DNA of 64,000 nt from Nageia nagi (GCA_050084985.1 JBITNC010000002.1:2852001-2916000); one strand, 5' to 3'. Positions 35,790 to 49,915 are shown, counted from the stretch's first letter. A program made the numbers and translations. Notes: generated by a model not told the origin, from the letters alone.

Positions 35790-38753
35790 TGTTATTACCA
35801 AGGGGGGAAACACTGAACGAACAACCTCATTAAACAACTTTGTAATGGGAGAGGCATTTGAGAAACTTGGCTTGAAGTCCTTCACAATTTGCTACTTTGT
35901 GTAATGTCTCCAAATTTGACATCTCACTTACTTTGGCATTTAGATATTTCATGTGGACCACCTAGAGTGGAATGTTCCCCAAGCTAAAGGTGTTTTGGTG
36001 CATTTTGTAATAATTAGGAGTGATTTGGTATTTAGAAGTGATTACGAGTATTTTAAAATAATAAACAAAGCAATTTTAGTACTTCGCAAGCATTGTAAGT
36101 AGGATGTCCCTCTTCTAGGGAGGAGCAGGCGTGTTGTATTGTATCTATTCATGATTCATGTAAGTAGTAGTCTTTTTTAATTGGGCATGATCCCAAGCAT
36201 GGAAATGTGTAATTTCTAGAACCAATTGTGAACCCCATTGTGGGGATGTCTAGTTTTGCATGACTTCAAGGTGAGATCTAAAGTCCACAATGGGACATCT
36301 AGCTACAAATGAAGTGAAATTGTAATGTCCCCCATCTGTAAGGTTCTAGTCATTTTTTGTTTTAAGGAAATTTCATTTTCTATGAGCCAAAAATTGACAT
36401 TTCATCACTTGGAATGGAAAGAAGACCTTGTGCCAATCATTTTGATGTATTTACATGACTAGGTTTTGTTACAAAACGAATAAGTTATGGCATTTTGAAG
36501 TGCTCCTATCAAGCCAGTTTTCTAATATCGCGAGCGCACGAGAATCCAAAATTCTCTTTCCAGTTGACCATTGGGAAGGTCACATCCTTCTTCTAAGGAT
36601 ATGCAATTGTCACTTAGTTAATTTAGGTGTGATTTATATTTAGTTAGAAGCAATTTTTACATGCATATAGATTATAAGAAGAGTATAAACACAAATATGG
36701 AAGGAAAGAAGAAAGGGCAAGAGGATTGTATTTACCCATTGCTTCCTTTTTATATTAGCAGGAGAAGAGCATACTTATTACATCAATGCATCTAGGATAA
36801 AAACCTTTCCCATTACAACACTATTCATTAATATAAAGTCATAATGGCTTTCAATTTCAATATTGGCCCTTTATTTGTAAGTTCCACTTGAAGGATTAAT
36901 TTATTACTCCAATTATGGGATGTTAGGCATATTTAGTATAGTTAATGTCAATAATGACGTATAAATGATCCCAAGGCAACTATTAATTGTAAATGCAATA
37001 TTAGTCACCTTATTTGGGATGTTGCATATTCCAAGCCTTGATAATTGTAATATTGGCATTAAATGGGCCTCTTTTATAATATAGCTCCCTTTTTAAGGTA
37101 AAGCATGATACCAAGGTGATTTCACCCACTGCGAGGCATTGGATGACTCCACACTTGGACGTTGGGCTTGCAGAGAGGATTTTACCATTAAGATGTGAAA
37201 TTGGGCATCCCAAGACACCCACATCTCCCCTTGGAGACTCTTAACACAATGATGATGATACCTAGGTGCATGGAGGACTCCCATAACCCAACGTTGGCAT
37301 TCCAGGCCCTTAGATGTGATTACACCCATCTCAAGACACCTCATCTTGGACGTGGGCATATGAGAGCACATGGATCACCCCTAGACACCGTTGGATGAGA
37401 TTACATCAATCCCAACACATGATTAGAGATGAAGCTACCTCTCACTATATAAGAAGCATTCTTGGAAGACAAACATTTCTCATTATTATTATGCTTTCTT
37501 ATTCTTAGTTTGGGTGTTGCTCTTTCTGGATTCCATTCTTCATCGTGAGGTCCCTATAGCAAGATGCAGTACAGGACTTATGTGGGCGCACACTTGGGGG
37601 TTAGCGCAACCCAAGTTGTAAGCTAGCTATTCAAGGGGTGTTGGTATTACCCCTGGATTAGTAGAACATTGCTAGTGGATCTCTGATATTCCACCACAAT
37701 TGCTAGAGGAAGCCCTGGTGCAAGACTTGTCACATTGCGGATCTGAGCCCTAGTGCATTAGTCTTCGTCACCAAAAGCATTGTAATTGAGATCTCCATTT
37801 TTTATCAATTGCAATTATATTCATTGGCTCATTACTTTACTATTTTGCATGCTATTCTACTGTGTTTGGCTCTCTATTCCTAGACGTTAGATCTTTGGCA
37901 TTATTTAGTAATTTTGTGAGTATTTAGCATCTCTCCCTTGGTCATTGGCATTGTGGATGATCATTGCATGTTTTAAGTGATATTATTGCTCCCATATCTG
38001 GATGTGGGTTTGCTATTGAGTAATTGATCATTGCTAGCTAGATGTGGGGTATTTTTGTGATTAGTTGATGAGATTTGGCCTTGAAGGTGTGACGTTGGCT
38101 CCTGGGAGCACATTGCCCCAAATTCGAGGCTCAGAGTGTGATGTCCCTCTCTTAGGGACAGTTTGGCTTATTTTGATTATCATTTGATTACTAAAAACTA
38201 AGGATCTACGCAAGATCTGAGTGAGAACAATTTAGGCTCATCACGAAAACGCACCCTTGGAAGATCATCTTTGGCTTATTCATCATTTTATCTCTTGGAG
38301 ACTAGCATGGAGTCAGCTTCATTCCTCTCGTGGATGAAAACATGCAAGAGAGGGTTTAGAAGGACGAAAACCCTTCTAGGCTTAAGGATGAAAACCCTTA
38401 AGTCTCATTTGGTGGCATCCCGAGACAACATTCCTAGTTCCATTCCAAGTGTGGAGGCTTCTTTAGTGGTGCATTCAGCTTGAGGAAGTGTTGTTCAGTT
38501 CAGATTTCAATTCCGGGAATTAAAGGCCCTAGTAGTGTAATGTTAGCCTTCCTTGGTGTAATGTTAGCCTTCCTAAGTGCTACGTTGGGTTTCTATGAGC
38601 ATTTTTGGTTTATTACTGCAAATTTGTCATAATTAGCTATACGTTGGAGTGTTTGTGCATTTATGAGTTGATTTGGCCAGATCCGAAGCAAGAAACCAAA
38701 CATCCCTCTCCTAGGGCACATTTGAGCATGATCTGCAGATTTGGATCATCACA
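35790..38753 (+). mobile_element. Degenerate solo LTR F, interrupted by solo LTR E
   Basis: Ends GGATCATCACA. Its TATA/TSS-like block (36302-36320 plus 38245-38275) rejoins across E and resembles 45167-45210. Left end approximate. Confidence 0.5.
36321..38244 (+). mobile_element. Solo LTR E
   Basis: Starts TGTAATGTCCCC and ends GGCTCATCAC. Imperfect TSD GAAAT/GAAAA. Homologous to blocks in 1600-2450. Confidence 0.65.
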
Positions 38754-41700
38754 CACCACGAAATCACATCTCTACATAGAATGGCTATGATATTGTCCAT
38801 TCTACACTTATACATTTAGAATATCCAAGTACAATTGAAGTAAAGTATTTACCAAATGACAACAGTCCTACCAATAGTGGCATGGAAATAAATATCACCT
38901 ATGGAGCTTTCCTTGAAGCCCTCTTACTCCACCAAGGTCTAACCACCCAACAACAATGGCATCAACAATCAGCAATCACAACAACAATAGTATTATTGAT
39001 TGAAAAACATCTCCCTTCTTATGAACCTTTCTTGGTCTCAACATTTTTGGCCTCCAACCAACAATGTGCCAACCAAAATGGCAACAACAACTTTCTAATG
39101 GTAGTGCCAACAGTCTAAGGATAATCTCCAAGGTTGAATCCATTCAATAATGTTTCAACACCCTCCCAAATGATCTTCAAGGATGTTTTGACGAGCAATC
39201 CCATCTCCTCTCCTTCCAATGACCTTTAAACTTCATCTCCCATCAAGAAAAATGCATCTGATGCTTTGCCTATCCTCGAATTGCATTATTTTTGTCCAAT
39301 GTTGACGTTGGGTGTAGCTTTGACGCTAGGTGGAACTTGGTGCCAAAGTAGTAGTTTTAGAAAAAAGATAGTTCGTGCAGAAACAACAAAATCGAAGGTC
39401 AAATCTTCAACAAATGAAAGCATGCATATACTCGTTGGAAAGGTCTCTTTCCAAGCTTGCTAATATTATAGCATTTCAATTTGTATCCATTGGATGTTTG
39501 TACAAAAAGTTATGCCTTCCCAAAGATGACTGATCCATTTTGTGATAGTTTTAAGCGACATAACTCCACAAGACCATTAGGAAAAGCTCCAAACAACAAC
39601 CAAACATGAGAATTCACAAAATCCTCACTCCAATGATATTTGGTATTAGTTACATAATCCATTTCAGATCACACTTTTTAATGAGGAGGCATTTGATCCC
39701 CAAATACTTAAAGACAATGATGAACCAATATCCCAAACTAAACTTGTGTTTTCCTTTATCATTATGACTTTGAAATCACCATGGATTCAAGAAGACAAAT
39801 AAATTCATTAATTAAGTCCCCTAGAACACCTAATTCCAAGGGCAAATCTGGTCTTCAACAAGCTAACTTCATGATAAGCTCACCAAACCAATCAACAGTC
39901 CCTAGACCTCCTCAACTTTCCATAAAAGTTGATAAACATCCAAGTTCCTCATTTGACTAGTTCACCAAGCCCACTAATTTGTCACTCCTTACTCATGTCA
40001 ATAGAACCAACATGCCCCTAATAGTCTGGCCACAACTCTTAGATTTCATGACTACCTGCCAACTAACATGATAAGCTCACCAAACCAACCAATAGTCCTT
40101 AGACCTCCTCGTCTTGCCCATACAAGATGAGAAACATCCAAGTTCTTCATTTGACTAGTTCATCAAGCCCACAAATTTGTCACTCTTTACTCATGTCACC
40201 ATGCCCCTAATAATCTGGCAACAACTCCCAGATTTCATGACTGCCTGAGAAGTAAAGAGGAATGCCACAAAGTTTGCAACAATGGATAATAAAACCCAAT
40301 TTGCTTAGCTTCAAGCATGCTTTCATACCACATGAGATATAATCACCAGTAAGCTATGCTATAATGGGATCTTCAAATACAGATTTAATATGCATTTTAT
40401 TCAATAATATAGAGTCAAATTTCATAGCCAAATCATGTCAAATCCCATTGTCATCGCCAAAACCAATGGTAGCGATGAAATATGCTACTAACTTGACTAA
40501 AAGAACTCCATATACTTCATTTACAATACAACCTGCTGATTATAAAAATGCATGAAAACATAACTAATAAAATCCATGCACAAAAACAAAACACCAATTT
40601 TTATAGTGGTAAAACCCTAATGTGGTGAAACGTCCAGTTTAAAGAGCTCTAATTTTATTATTGATCACAAAAGAATGGAGTAAAACCAAGTTAACTTGTA
40701 TGCAACAGCCAAATCTTGGCCAACACCTGCACCAATAGCTCCAATGGTCACCAACACTCCAAGATCAACCAAATCTCAACTCACAAAACACTTGCTAGCT
40801 ACCAATCTTCAACAACAACTAGAAAATGCAAAAGAAGAAACCTCATTAGTGAAACCCCCAATAGAATGTCATCCCATGATCCATAACTCTACTCCCAACA
40901 TCTCGTTGGTGAGCATTCTCCCACCACCTAGCTGAAAGACTTCTCAAGCTTCTTCTAGACCAGTCCAACAATGAAGGTCTCTCACACCACAAAATCACAT
41001 CTGGTTATTAATCTTGCCCATCCTACAATTATACATTTAAAATATCCAAGTCCAACTGAAGTAAAGTATTAGCAAATAAAAACAGTCCTGCAAACAAAAG
41101 CATGGAAATGAATCTCACCTATGGAGCTTTCCTTGAAGTTCTCTTGATCCATCAAGGTCTGACCACCCAACAACAGCGTACCAAGAACAATGGCATCAAC
41201 AAACTAACAACAATTAGTATTGTTATTGAGTGTGTTGTATGCCCTGGTTTGAGGGTTTAATATTTGTATTGGCTAATATTTGCTTGAGTTCCGTTTTGAT
41301 CATCACAACAATGGTATTTTTGGTTGAAAATGATTTCCCTTCTTATGAAGCTCTCATGCTCTCAACATTTATAGCCTCCAGCCAACAGTGTGCCAACCAA
41401 AATGGCAGCAATCACCTGCTAATGGTAGTACCAACACTCTAAGGAGAACCTCAGTAGGTTCAATCCATTCAATAATGTTTCACCTCCCTTCCAAATGATC
41501 CTCAAGGATGTTTGACGCAGCCAACCCATCTACTCGCATTCCAATGACCTTTACAGTTCATGTCCCAACAAGGAAAATGAATGTGATGCTTCGCCTGCCC
41601 CCAAAATGCATTATGTTCATCCAACATTGACGCTAAGTGTAGTGTTGGCGCTAGAGTAGCAGTTTTAGGAAAAAGACAGTTTGGAGGAAAAATAACAAAA

Positions 41701-41970
41701 ATGAAGGTCAAATCTTCAACAAAGGCAGGCATGTGTATATTCATTGGAAAGGTATCTTCATAAGTTGCCAATGGTATAACATTTATCTCCATTGGATGTC
41801 TATACAAAAAGTTATGTCTTCCCAAGGATGACTAATCCATTTTGTGATAGGTTGTAGCTACATAACTCCATCAGACCATTAACAATTGCTCCAAACACCA
41901 TCCAAGCATGAGAATTCACTAAATCCTCACTCCAATAATATTTGGTATTAATTACATAATCCATTTCGAA
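38754..41970. repeat. Two diverged direct repeats of about 950 bp (38754-39670, 40984-41970) flanking a tandem duplication of about 190 bp; probably retroelement relics
   Basis: Colinear blocks such as CACCTATGGAGCTTTCCTTGAAG, GGTCAAATCTTCAACAAA and CATGAGAATTCAC. 39870-40058 matches 40067-40247. Confidence 0.75.
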
Positions 41971-42444
41971 TCAATGACAACTTATAAAATTTGAACTAGA
42001 CAAGATTGATGGAAACTAGGAAATGGGTATCCAAAACAATTTACAGAATTGAAAGCGAGTAACCATACCAAAAATTAAGAACAAAATTGGAAAATTTGAT
42101 CTATCTTGGATTTGAAAAATAACTCACATGGAGAGCTAAGAGATGGTGGAAAATGCACCAAGCTCCAATACCATTGTAAGACCCAAACCCGAAGTTTATC
42201 AAATTTCAAAGTTCAAGTTTTATATCAAACTCAACATACATACATTGATGACAAAATGTCTTATCACTTCATCTTTGTCAATAGACTCTATAAATCCCTA
42301 AAGACTCTACAACATCAACTTCTAATGACCTTGGGAATTCCTTCCATACACAAATCCAAAAATACATGAATAATAAATACTTTCACACTCCTACACACTT
42401 ATATCACCTAATCTAATTAATATTACAATCATCCATAATCCCTA

Positions 42445-42860
42445 AGGATTAGGTTTCCACTACGTAATCTGCCACACTCACACCGTCACTGTGAGGAAAA
42501 CAAGTAAATCTACTGAAGTTTGGGAAATAGGGTAGCCCATAAAGAATATAGAGACCATGTGATTCACCAAGTTGAAGAAGATGCCTCCTGTAAGTTGTAA
42601 TAAGACCATTCTTGTCTACAAAAATTCTCTGCAAACCGAAATCCCCAAGATCCAACCCTTGGGTGCAAAACTCATCATCCCTAGGATCATGTAAGCAGTT
42701 TGATAGGTCCCACTAAGGGTATTAAATTCACCCAAGAAAACGACATCACCCATTGAGGAATAATGGGAGATATCTGGATAAAGATCCATGTATGTCACCA
42801 TCTTTGTGTATAGAAGACAAACATATAGACTTAGAATTGGCATGTGAACTCCATTGTGTG
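42445..42860 (-). pseudogene. LINE AP-endonuclease fragment
   Basis: GDVVFLGEFN (degenerate GDFN) and LYILYGL...FTCFPHSDGVSVADYV. Confidence 0.8.
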
Positions 42861-42995
42861 CCTAATACGATGAAGTTGTATTTTACATACACAACAAAGT
42901 TTAAACATCGAACAAAAAAAGAAAAGCATAGTCAGATAAATGCGACAATTTAACACTATTTAAATGAATAGCAATGAAAAATCTAGATAACCAAC

Positions 42996-43094
42996 CTGTC
43001 CAAGGTCCACAGCAGGATTCAGGCTTCTACCACAGTCATAAACGATGTCTGTTTGAAGTATTGCAGTTGCCCCTGAAAGGAGGTCAACCTCAAC
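42996..43094 (-). CDS. AAO: Aldehyde oxidase (molybdopterin-binding domain) internal exon
   Basis: 99 bp, phase 0/0, TTTCAG|...|GT. Translates to [33 protein letters not shown], the plant AO [14 protein letters not shown] signature. Confidence 0.95.
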
Positions 43095-43166
43095 CTGAAA
43101 TATATGATTGACATTAATAGTTTTGTAATATGGCTATAAATTTAGGAATATAATTTACATTCGTAC

Positions 43167-43262
43167 CTCACTTGCTGCAGCACCATAATTGAGATATTCT
43201 GAAGAGCTTGAATCAGGGACCCAGAAAGTTTGTGCAGAAAGATCCACTGATTGAAGTTGAGC
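43167..43262 (-). CDS. AAO: Aldehyde oxidase internal exon, upstream of the previous one
   Basis: 96 bp, phase 0/0, GGCAG|...|GTA. Translates to AQLQSVDLSAQTFWVPDSSSSEYLNYGAAASE (YLNYGAAxSE motif). A 72-bp GT-AG intron separates it from the next exon. Confidence 0.95.
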
Positions 43263-44314
43263 CTGCCAACAGAAACCCCCGCCGGTTTGGGCTCCATTAT
43301 TTGAGAATGGTCAAACTAACAAACATGAAAGTGGCACTATATATGTTAAAAAGTTCTTCAATCTGTCCTTAAAAGCATGATAGGGGTCTCTTTCTGAGTG
43401 GTCATTGACAAGTGACTCATCTTTAGTCATAAATTATATCAATGAAATATATGCTATTATTGGAATAACCTATCCTCATTATCCATGGCCAAATATAGTT
43501 GCTTGTTCTGCTAACGCAGTTCTTGCTGCTTAATTTCTATTTCAATAACATTTCTTGTTATATGCGAAACTGAAGCTTACAAAATCTTTTTACATTAACA
43601 GGTGCCTTTGATTAGATTTTGCAACCAACTGGCCATGGTGCATTATACAATATTAAGCATTTGATTAGATCTTTCAACCAAATGACCAGGAAATTGTTGA
43701 CATTAGAGTTGATGGAAATACCCCTGAAAAATGTTTTACTTCCACTTCAGAATGCATGAAGCCTCTGTGAAGCCCTGAGTAACTTCTTTGTAAGCATTAG
43801 CAACAATTTGGTTTTCGTGTTCCCCAAATACATATTTGATTGACAAATTTTCAATCGAAATTGCATTAGACTTTCATATTCAATATAAAGTCTAGATTAT
43901 CTAGTTGCAGCTAAATTTTGGAAAAGATAGTCTCCAGATCATTATGACTTTGATTAGGAGACGCAGATCCAGATGGTAACTTTAAAAAAGCAGTGAAGAT
44001 TCAGATAGCAATCTACCAAGAGAAAATAAGCTATCCAGGCTTCCAAAATGCATCCTAGACTCAAACTTCTAAAAGCTTATGACATTTAATAGGTTTTAAT
44101 CATTAAATCAAATAGAATCAAGGGGTACAAGGTTTTCCTATAAAAAGGATTTTCTTCTTGTACTCATTCAGCTGAGATTTGTGTTATCTTTTTCTCACCA
44201 AGTTGTGTCGAGTCAATATGTGTCCATAGGCATATTGAGGTAATTTGTAGGAACTTACCTAGTTTCCAGGTAGTGTCGAGTCAATATGTGTCCATAGGCA
44301 TGTTGAACAGTGCT

Positions 44315-45854
44315 ATATGAGGGGCATTTCCTACCTATGGAGTTTAATGTGGACTGGAAAAAGGAGTTGATTATCGTAGTGGCCTAGGGGGTCGTTGTAG
44401 AGCACTACAACGAAGGATAATGACCTCTTGTAAGAAGAGGGCTAAACATTAATGGTCAAGATCACAATAAATAGTGGACAAGGAGCCTCCAGACTCCCTA
44501 TATAAGCAATAATATCATCCGCGAATCTCATAGTATGTAGGGCTATACAATATCAAGTGCTCCTCATTTTTCTTCCTCCTATAAAGAGCAAAGCCAACAA
44601 GTCCGAGCACATTGAGGAATATGGTGGTCTATTTCAACTTGGAGTTGATGTGAACTAACTCATAGTTGGCCGAGGGGAATCCTCAAGCCATGGGACTGTA
44701 ATGTCCTCAATTTCGAGAAACCTTGTTGAAGACTTAACTTTCATCACAATCCATGGATCGTCGATTTGTCTTCTAGAATGGATAGAGAATCTCGTGCCAA
44801 TCATTTTTGACAAGTCACACAACATGGTTCCGTCAAGAAATGGGGAAGATATGGACTTTTGAAGATTCACTCCCCGAGCTAGTTTTCTACTATCGCACAT
44901 GTGGGATCCAGTTTATTAATATTGTATTTAGTGTCATTTGTGACACTTATAATTAATGGTCTGGCCCTATGAGGGGTATTAGGAGTGAATTATATTTAGA
45001 TTAGAAGTCTTTGTTATTTTATAGAAAAAGTGGACCATGTTTTGTAATAAGGAAATGTATTATTCCTTAATTGCCCAACGTATAGCATAGGAGGAGTCGT
45101 TTGTCAATTAAGAGTTATTTATATTTTTGGGTTGGGTAAGCTAACCACAAATTAGAATTGGAATTCTATAAAAGGAAAGTGAGCACCTCATTTGAAGACA
45201 TCATCTTGTGCATTCGATCTTGGATCATTTGGAGCTTAGGGATGCTTCCCTTCTCTACCTTCCAGGGCTTAGGGCCACTCCCTAGACTAGAAGTGGCTCA
45301 TTTACACTTCTACACCTCTTGGAGAGCTTGCACCTATCTATCTTGCCATTTGGGAGCTCGCGCCAACCATTAGGAGCCATCTTGAGACTTGCTTCAAGCT
45401 TGGGAGCTGCCTTGGGACTTGTGCCAGCCTTGAGGAATCTAGTTGAGCATTTTGGAGTCTTGGGTTTTGCCCTAGAACTTGTTATAGTCTTGTTACACCC
45501 CTACACTTATTCTTGGTTGATTATTGATGATATTGGCTCTTATATTGCATCTCGAATGTGAATGAATGTTCCTATATATTTATGCTATGCTACTATCTTT
45601 TTTATGCATGGGAATGTATGCGAATTGAGTACTTTGGAGCTATATTAATGTTATGTAACGGATCTGATTTGTGCCCTAGTTTTGGTCATATTCACATGTT
45701 ATAAGTGCTTTATATCAAAATTGACTATTGTTGTTATATTCCAGTTTGAGCGCATACTTTGGATGGTTATTGAGCATGTTCATTGATGCCCTAATTTGTG
45801 AATGAATGCAGAATTGAATGCTAAATTGGATAAACCCTAGAAAGGTACATTACA
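44315..45854 (+). mobile_element. Probable solo LTR G
   Basis: TATA CTATAAAAGG at about 45167. Ends AAACCCTAGAAAGGTACATTACA. No convincing TSD. Confidence 0.5.
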
Positions 45855-45904
45855 AGGACCAATGTTGTTGCATAATGGCATCTAAATGTTAGCACATCTC
45901 TTTG

Positions 45905-47560
45905 TTGCATAATGGCATCTAAATGTTGTCACATAAATTCATTATTCAACTCCACTATCTGTCTAATCACCTTCTCCTCTACAAGTTGCACCTCTTGTGA
46001 TTGGGCATACGCTCATAGCCTCACTAACTCCTTTGTTAATGATGGTTCTGACTTTGCCATTGTGACTCTGAGATCATTCACACCATCATATATCTCATCG
46101 CAAGAAGACCTCTTGACACCAACACTCACACCATTCATGACACTCGATCTTTCCCCACATTCCATAATGGGTTCTAACTCAACCCATGTTGGACTCATTC
46201 TTACTTATTCCTTCTCTATTATTGACTCACTCATTGGCTAGTGCACATGCTCCGTGACCGCTTCCTCTTTAACCTTCGCTATGTCGACCACATCATCCCC
46301 TTATTTTGTGGCACCTTCCCTCACTTCATCCTTGTCTGCTTCACCTTCTTCACCAACCAGTTGCACATGTCAACTCTCTCGCGACACTTGTGTGGCCCAC
46401 CATCAGTCATACTTTGGTGTTGTTCCAGTGTCATCAACATTTGGAAGTGTTACCTTCTCATCTAGCACTTTTGATATTAACATCACACATGCCTCTAGTT
46501 TATTCTCACCCTTCCACCGATGATAGATTATAGGCAGATCTAGTATGTTTTGCTAGATACAAAACTACCTTTTCAACCACAAAAATGGTAAATAATCCAT
46601 GAACTTCACCCACCATCCAATCATCCAACTCACCCTTCTTACCCTCGCTAGTTGCATGTCTTCCTCTATCCAGAAAAGTCCATCCCTTCATGGTCTCCAT
46701 CAGTTTTTCGTAGGTGTCAATTCTCCTAACATCCTTTTGCAGTAGCCAAGATCAACCTCATGCCTCCTATTTAACGTCTCTCGATCTTGCCTCCATCGTA
46801 GTGCATACAAGTAGTCCACCCTTATTTGTCCATACACATCAAACGACAATCTTCATGGCCGTAAGATACTCAAATGTTCCCATGCCCAAATTTGCACCAA
46901 AATGCTTACAGTCGATTCATCTCGTCTCCCTTCTTTTGTCTACACTAGTTCCCTATAGGTCTAGGCAACCATCGTTGATGCCCATGGGTATTGCACCTCA
47001 CGTTCCACTAACTTCGCTACCACAGCCACCATGTTCCATGGGAAGAGTGGACTTGATGAGTCCAGGAGCGCATAACTTGCTATCTGCAAGATGCCAGATT
47101 TTGTCATCATGACACCACTTATATTTGATATTTCAATGCACCTACTTCCAAATAAATGGAGCATTATCATGGATTGTTGTACTATATTTGTCAGATTTTG
47201 TCATCATGACACCACTTTTATTTGATATTTCAATGCACCTACTTCCAAATAAATGGACCATTATCATGGATTGTTGTACTATATTTGTTGCATGCGCCTC
47301 AACCCCTTCCACATGCAATTTGTAAATTCGATTTACAGCCTCAAGGGTGATAGTCATCTCCCCCATCGACAAATGAAAAGTGCATCAAATTGGATCCCAC
47401 CTATATAATGCAATCATATAGCATTTATTTAAAAACACTAGCTCCATCTGCGCCACACCCCAAAACGCAACTCGAGCTAACCATAGCCAATCTTCTGTTG
47501 TCAATTCATCTCTAACTTGAAAAAAAAATGGCCTACAAATATGTTGTGATTGCAGCATAT
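45905..47560 (-). pseudogene. Second, heavily degraded PMD gene
   Basis: About 47305-47420 translates to RWDPI*CTFHLSMGEMTITLEAVNRIYKLHVEG (PMD N-terminal motif). Internal 97-bp tandem duplication at 47095-47288. Many stops. Confidence 0.8.
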
Positions 47561-48451
47561 TCTACTCACAATCTAACTCATAAACCACTTGTTTTTGCAA
47601 AGTTTTGAATCACATTGTCTCACCTCTACTCGCCACATTTCATAACTTTGCCCATCCTTCAAATCAGCTCTTCCTTGATCAACGGTCAAACAATGTACAT
47701 TCGTCATAAGGTCCCACAACGTGCCTATCATTCATTCCCTCATCATAGCTACATGTGTGTCAATCAATGTGGTTGTCCTAACGCACATCCCTTCTACTCA
47801 TCATTTTCCTATTCTTATCACTACCAAATCTTCAAAAGATTTCCTCCCCTTTCCTTAGCTTCACATTCACTTTAGCTTCACATGATTATCCTTTGCATTC
47901 TTTTGTCCATAACTTCATAACTGTTACCGCCTTGTCTTTTTTTCACACTTTAAAGGATATTTTTGTCTTCCTAGTTATCACCACCATTTCCCTCCTATCT
48001 TGCCAATCAAAATGATCCCCATCACTATGCCCATTACCATCCTCTTTTTAATTTATTCATGATTACAATGGTTACACCTTCACTCTCATACTTATCAGCA
48101 CCGTGATGAGTCTCAGTAATTACCTGGTTTTTGGCACAATTCGATGGTTCATTTTGTATATTTGGACATTATGGGACAGATTAATTATAATTGTTAGACT
48201 ATTTAGTTGCTTAATATATGGTTAAATGCATACTTTCCTTATATTAGTATTTTGTGCATACTGATTCTATTTTGTGTGTTTGTTTGAACCAAAATGCTTC
48301 TCTTTGCTCCACAGAATGATAGTTGCTAACTTGTATGAGTTGTAAGTACTGGAGGAAGTGTTCTGAACAGATTCTGCACTTGTATACATTGTCCGGACCT
48401 CAGCTCTGGACACATTGGACACCTCATTTGGTAAAGCAGAATTATGTTGTC

Positions 48452-48716
48452 TGGAGTTTCTGTTCTAGACTTGTCTGAAGCTCTTGTTCCAAACTTGTCC
48501 AGAGCTTCTGTTCCAGACTCGTCCGGAGCCCCTATTCCAGACTTGTCCAGAGCTTCTATTCCAAACTCGCCCGGAGCTTCTATTCCAAACTCGTCCGAAG
48601 CTTCTATTCCAAACTCGTCCGGAGCTTCTATTTCAGACTTGTCCGAAGCTTCTATTTCAGACTTGTCTGGAACTTCTATTTCAGACTCATCCGAAGCTTC
48701 TATTTCAGACTCAAAT
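48452..48716 (+). repeat. 24-bp tandem repeat in the 5' LTR (11 units)
   Basis: GAGCTTCTATTCCAGACTCGTCCG-like units. Confidence 0.93.
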
Positions 48717-49915
48717 TGAGAAATTGACCGTCATTGCTAGTTCTATTCCATCCTTGTATGATCCAGATATCCATGTAATGTGAGCTACTCCAGATATAAT
48801 CTATAGAAGCATGGATCCAACACATTAGATATAGTCAAATATGATTCTTGTTTTTTCGGAGTATGTTTGACTCCAAATCAGCCATAATAAACTACTTATG
48901 ATGTAATTAGGATAGTGCTGACTCGTTGGGATAAGCCACTCTTTTTTTAAGAGATTGCAGCTCTCCTTAGATAAGATGTGGCACTGTTAGCATGATAATT
49001 TGTGTTAGCTAGCTGGTAGAATAAGTGATTTCGTTTTCTATAACAGAATATTGTTTAGATTATTATTATTCTTGGCCAGCCTATTGTTTAACAATGGAGG
49101 ATATTTATACCTCAGTTGTTGAAAGTAGAAGAGGTTAGAAAATTAAGAAAGTAGTGTGTAGATTGTTGAGAATAAAAACTTTGTATTAGATTCGTCAAGC
49201 ACATTCTGTGCAAGACAAATTGTATGCAATAATAGAGTGATCTGTTAAGAGTTTCCAATTCTGAGTTCTAAGTCTTCCACAAAGAGGAGCAACCAAATGG
49301 TAGAAGACTCTGTTATTTTACTGTTCTTTTAATTCAGGTGTGAGTTTACATTCAATGTGATAATTTCAAGTGTATATTTTCAGCATTTAAGATTCCTATA
49401 CTTTCAATTCTGCAACTTTCTATTTTGCATATTGGCTTTCTGCAATGTTTACTTGAAGTAGATACAACTGAGAAAACAGAGTTCAATAGCATATAGCCTT
49501 GAACACCACCCGAATTGATTAACTAAATAAAGGAGTCAGATATTGTCTTCCAAGACTAGTGAGAGGGAACTAAAATCTGCCCTGAGTGTTGGAGTACCAG
49601 CTCTACGAGTTAACTAGTCCCTTCACGATAACAGGTGAAAGGATCACTAGGGGAAGGGTAGTGAAAGCCCTAGTGGAATTTGGAATACCATTATTTTACT
49701 CATCATTTTTGGCGCCATTGCCAGGGAAATGGTGTTAATTGAACTATCGCTGCACTTCTTAAGGATAGGGGACTTGACAGAGCCAATAAGCAATCGGGTG
49801 TCATCCTAGTTCCTCAATTTTTCACAGAATGAGTGGCCCCAATAACCTACATTAAGAAATTGCAGCGAACTGTTGTCTAAGGTGTGATAGATTGGTGTGC
49901 TTATTTGCTTGCAAA

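Noticed and set aside
48444-48783. Ser/Pro repeat proteins (also 59661-59912)
   Set aside because: Translations of the 24-bp LTR minisatellite.
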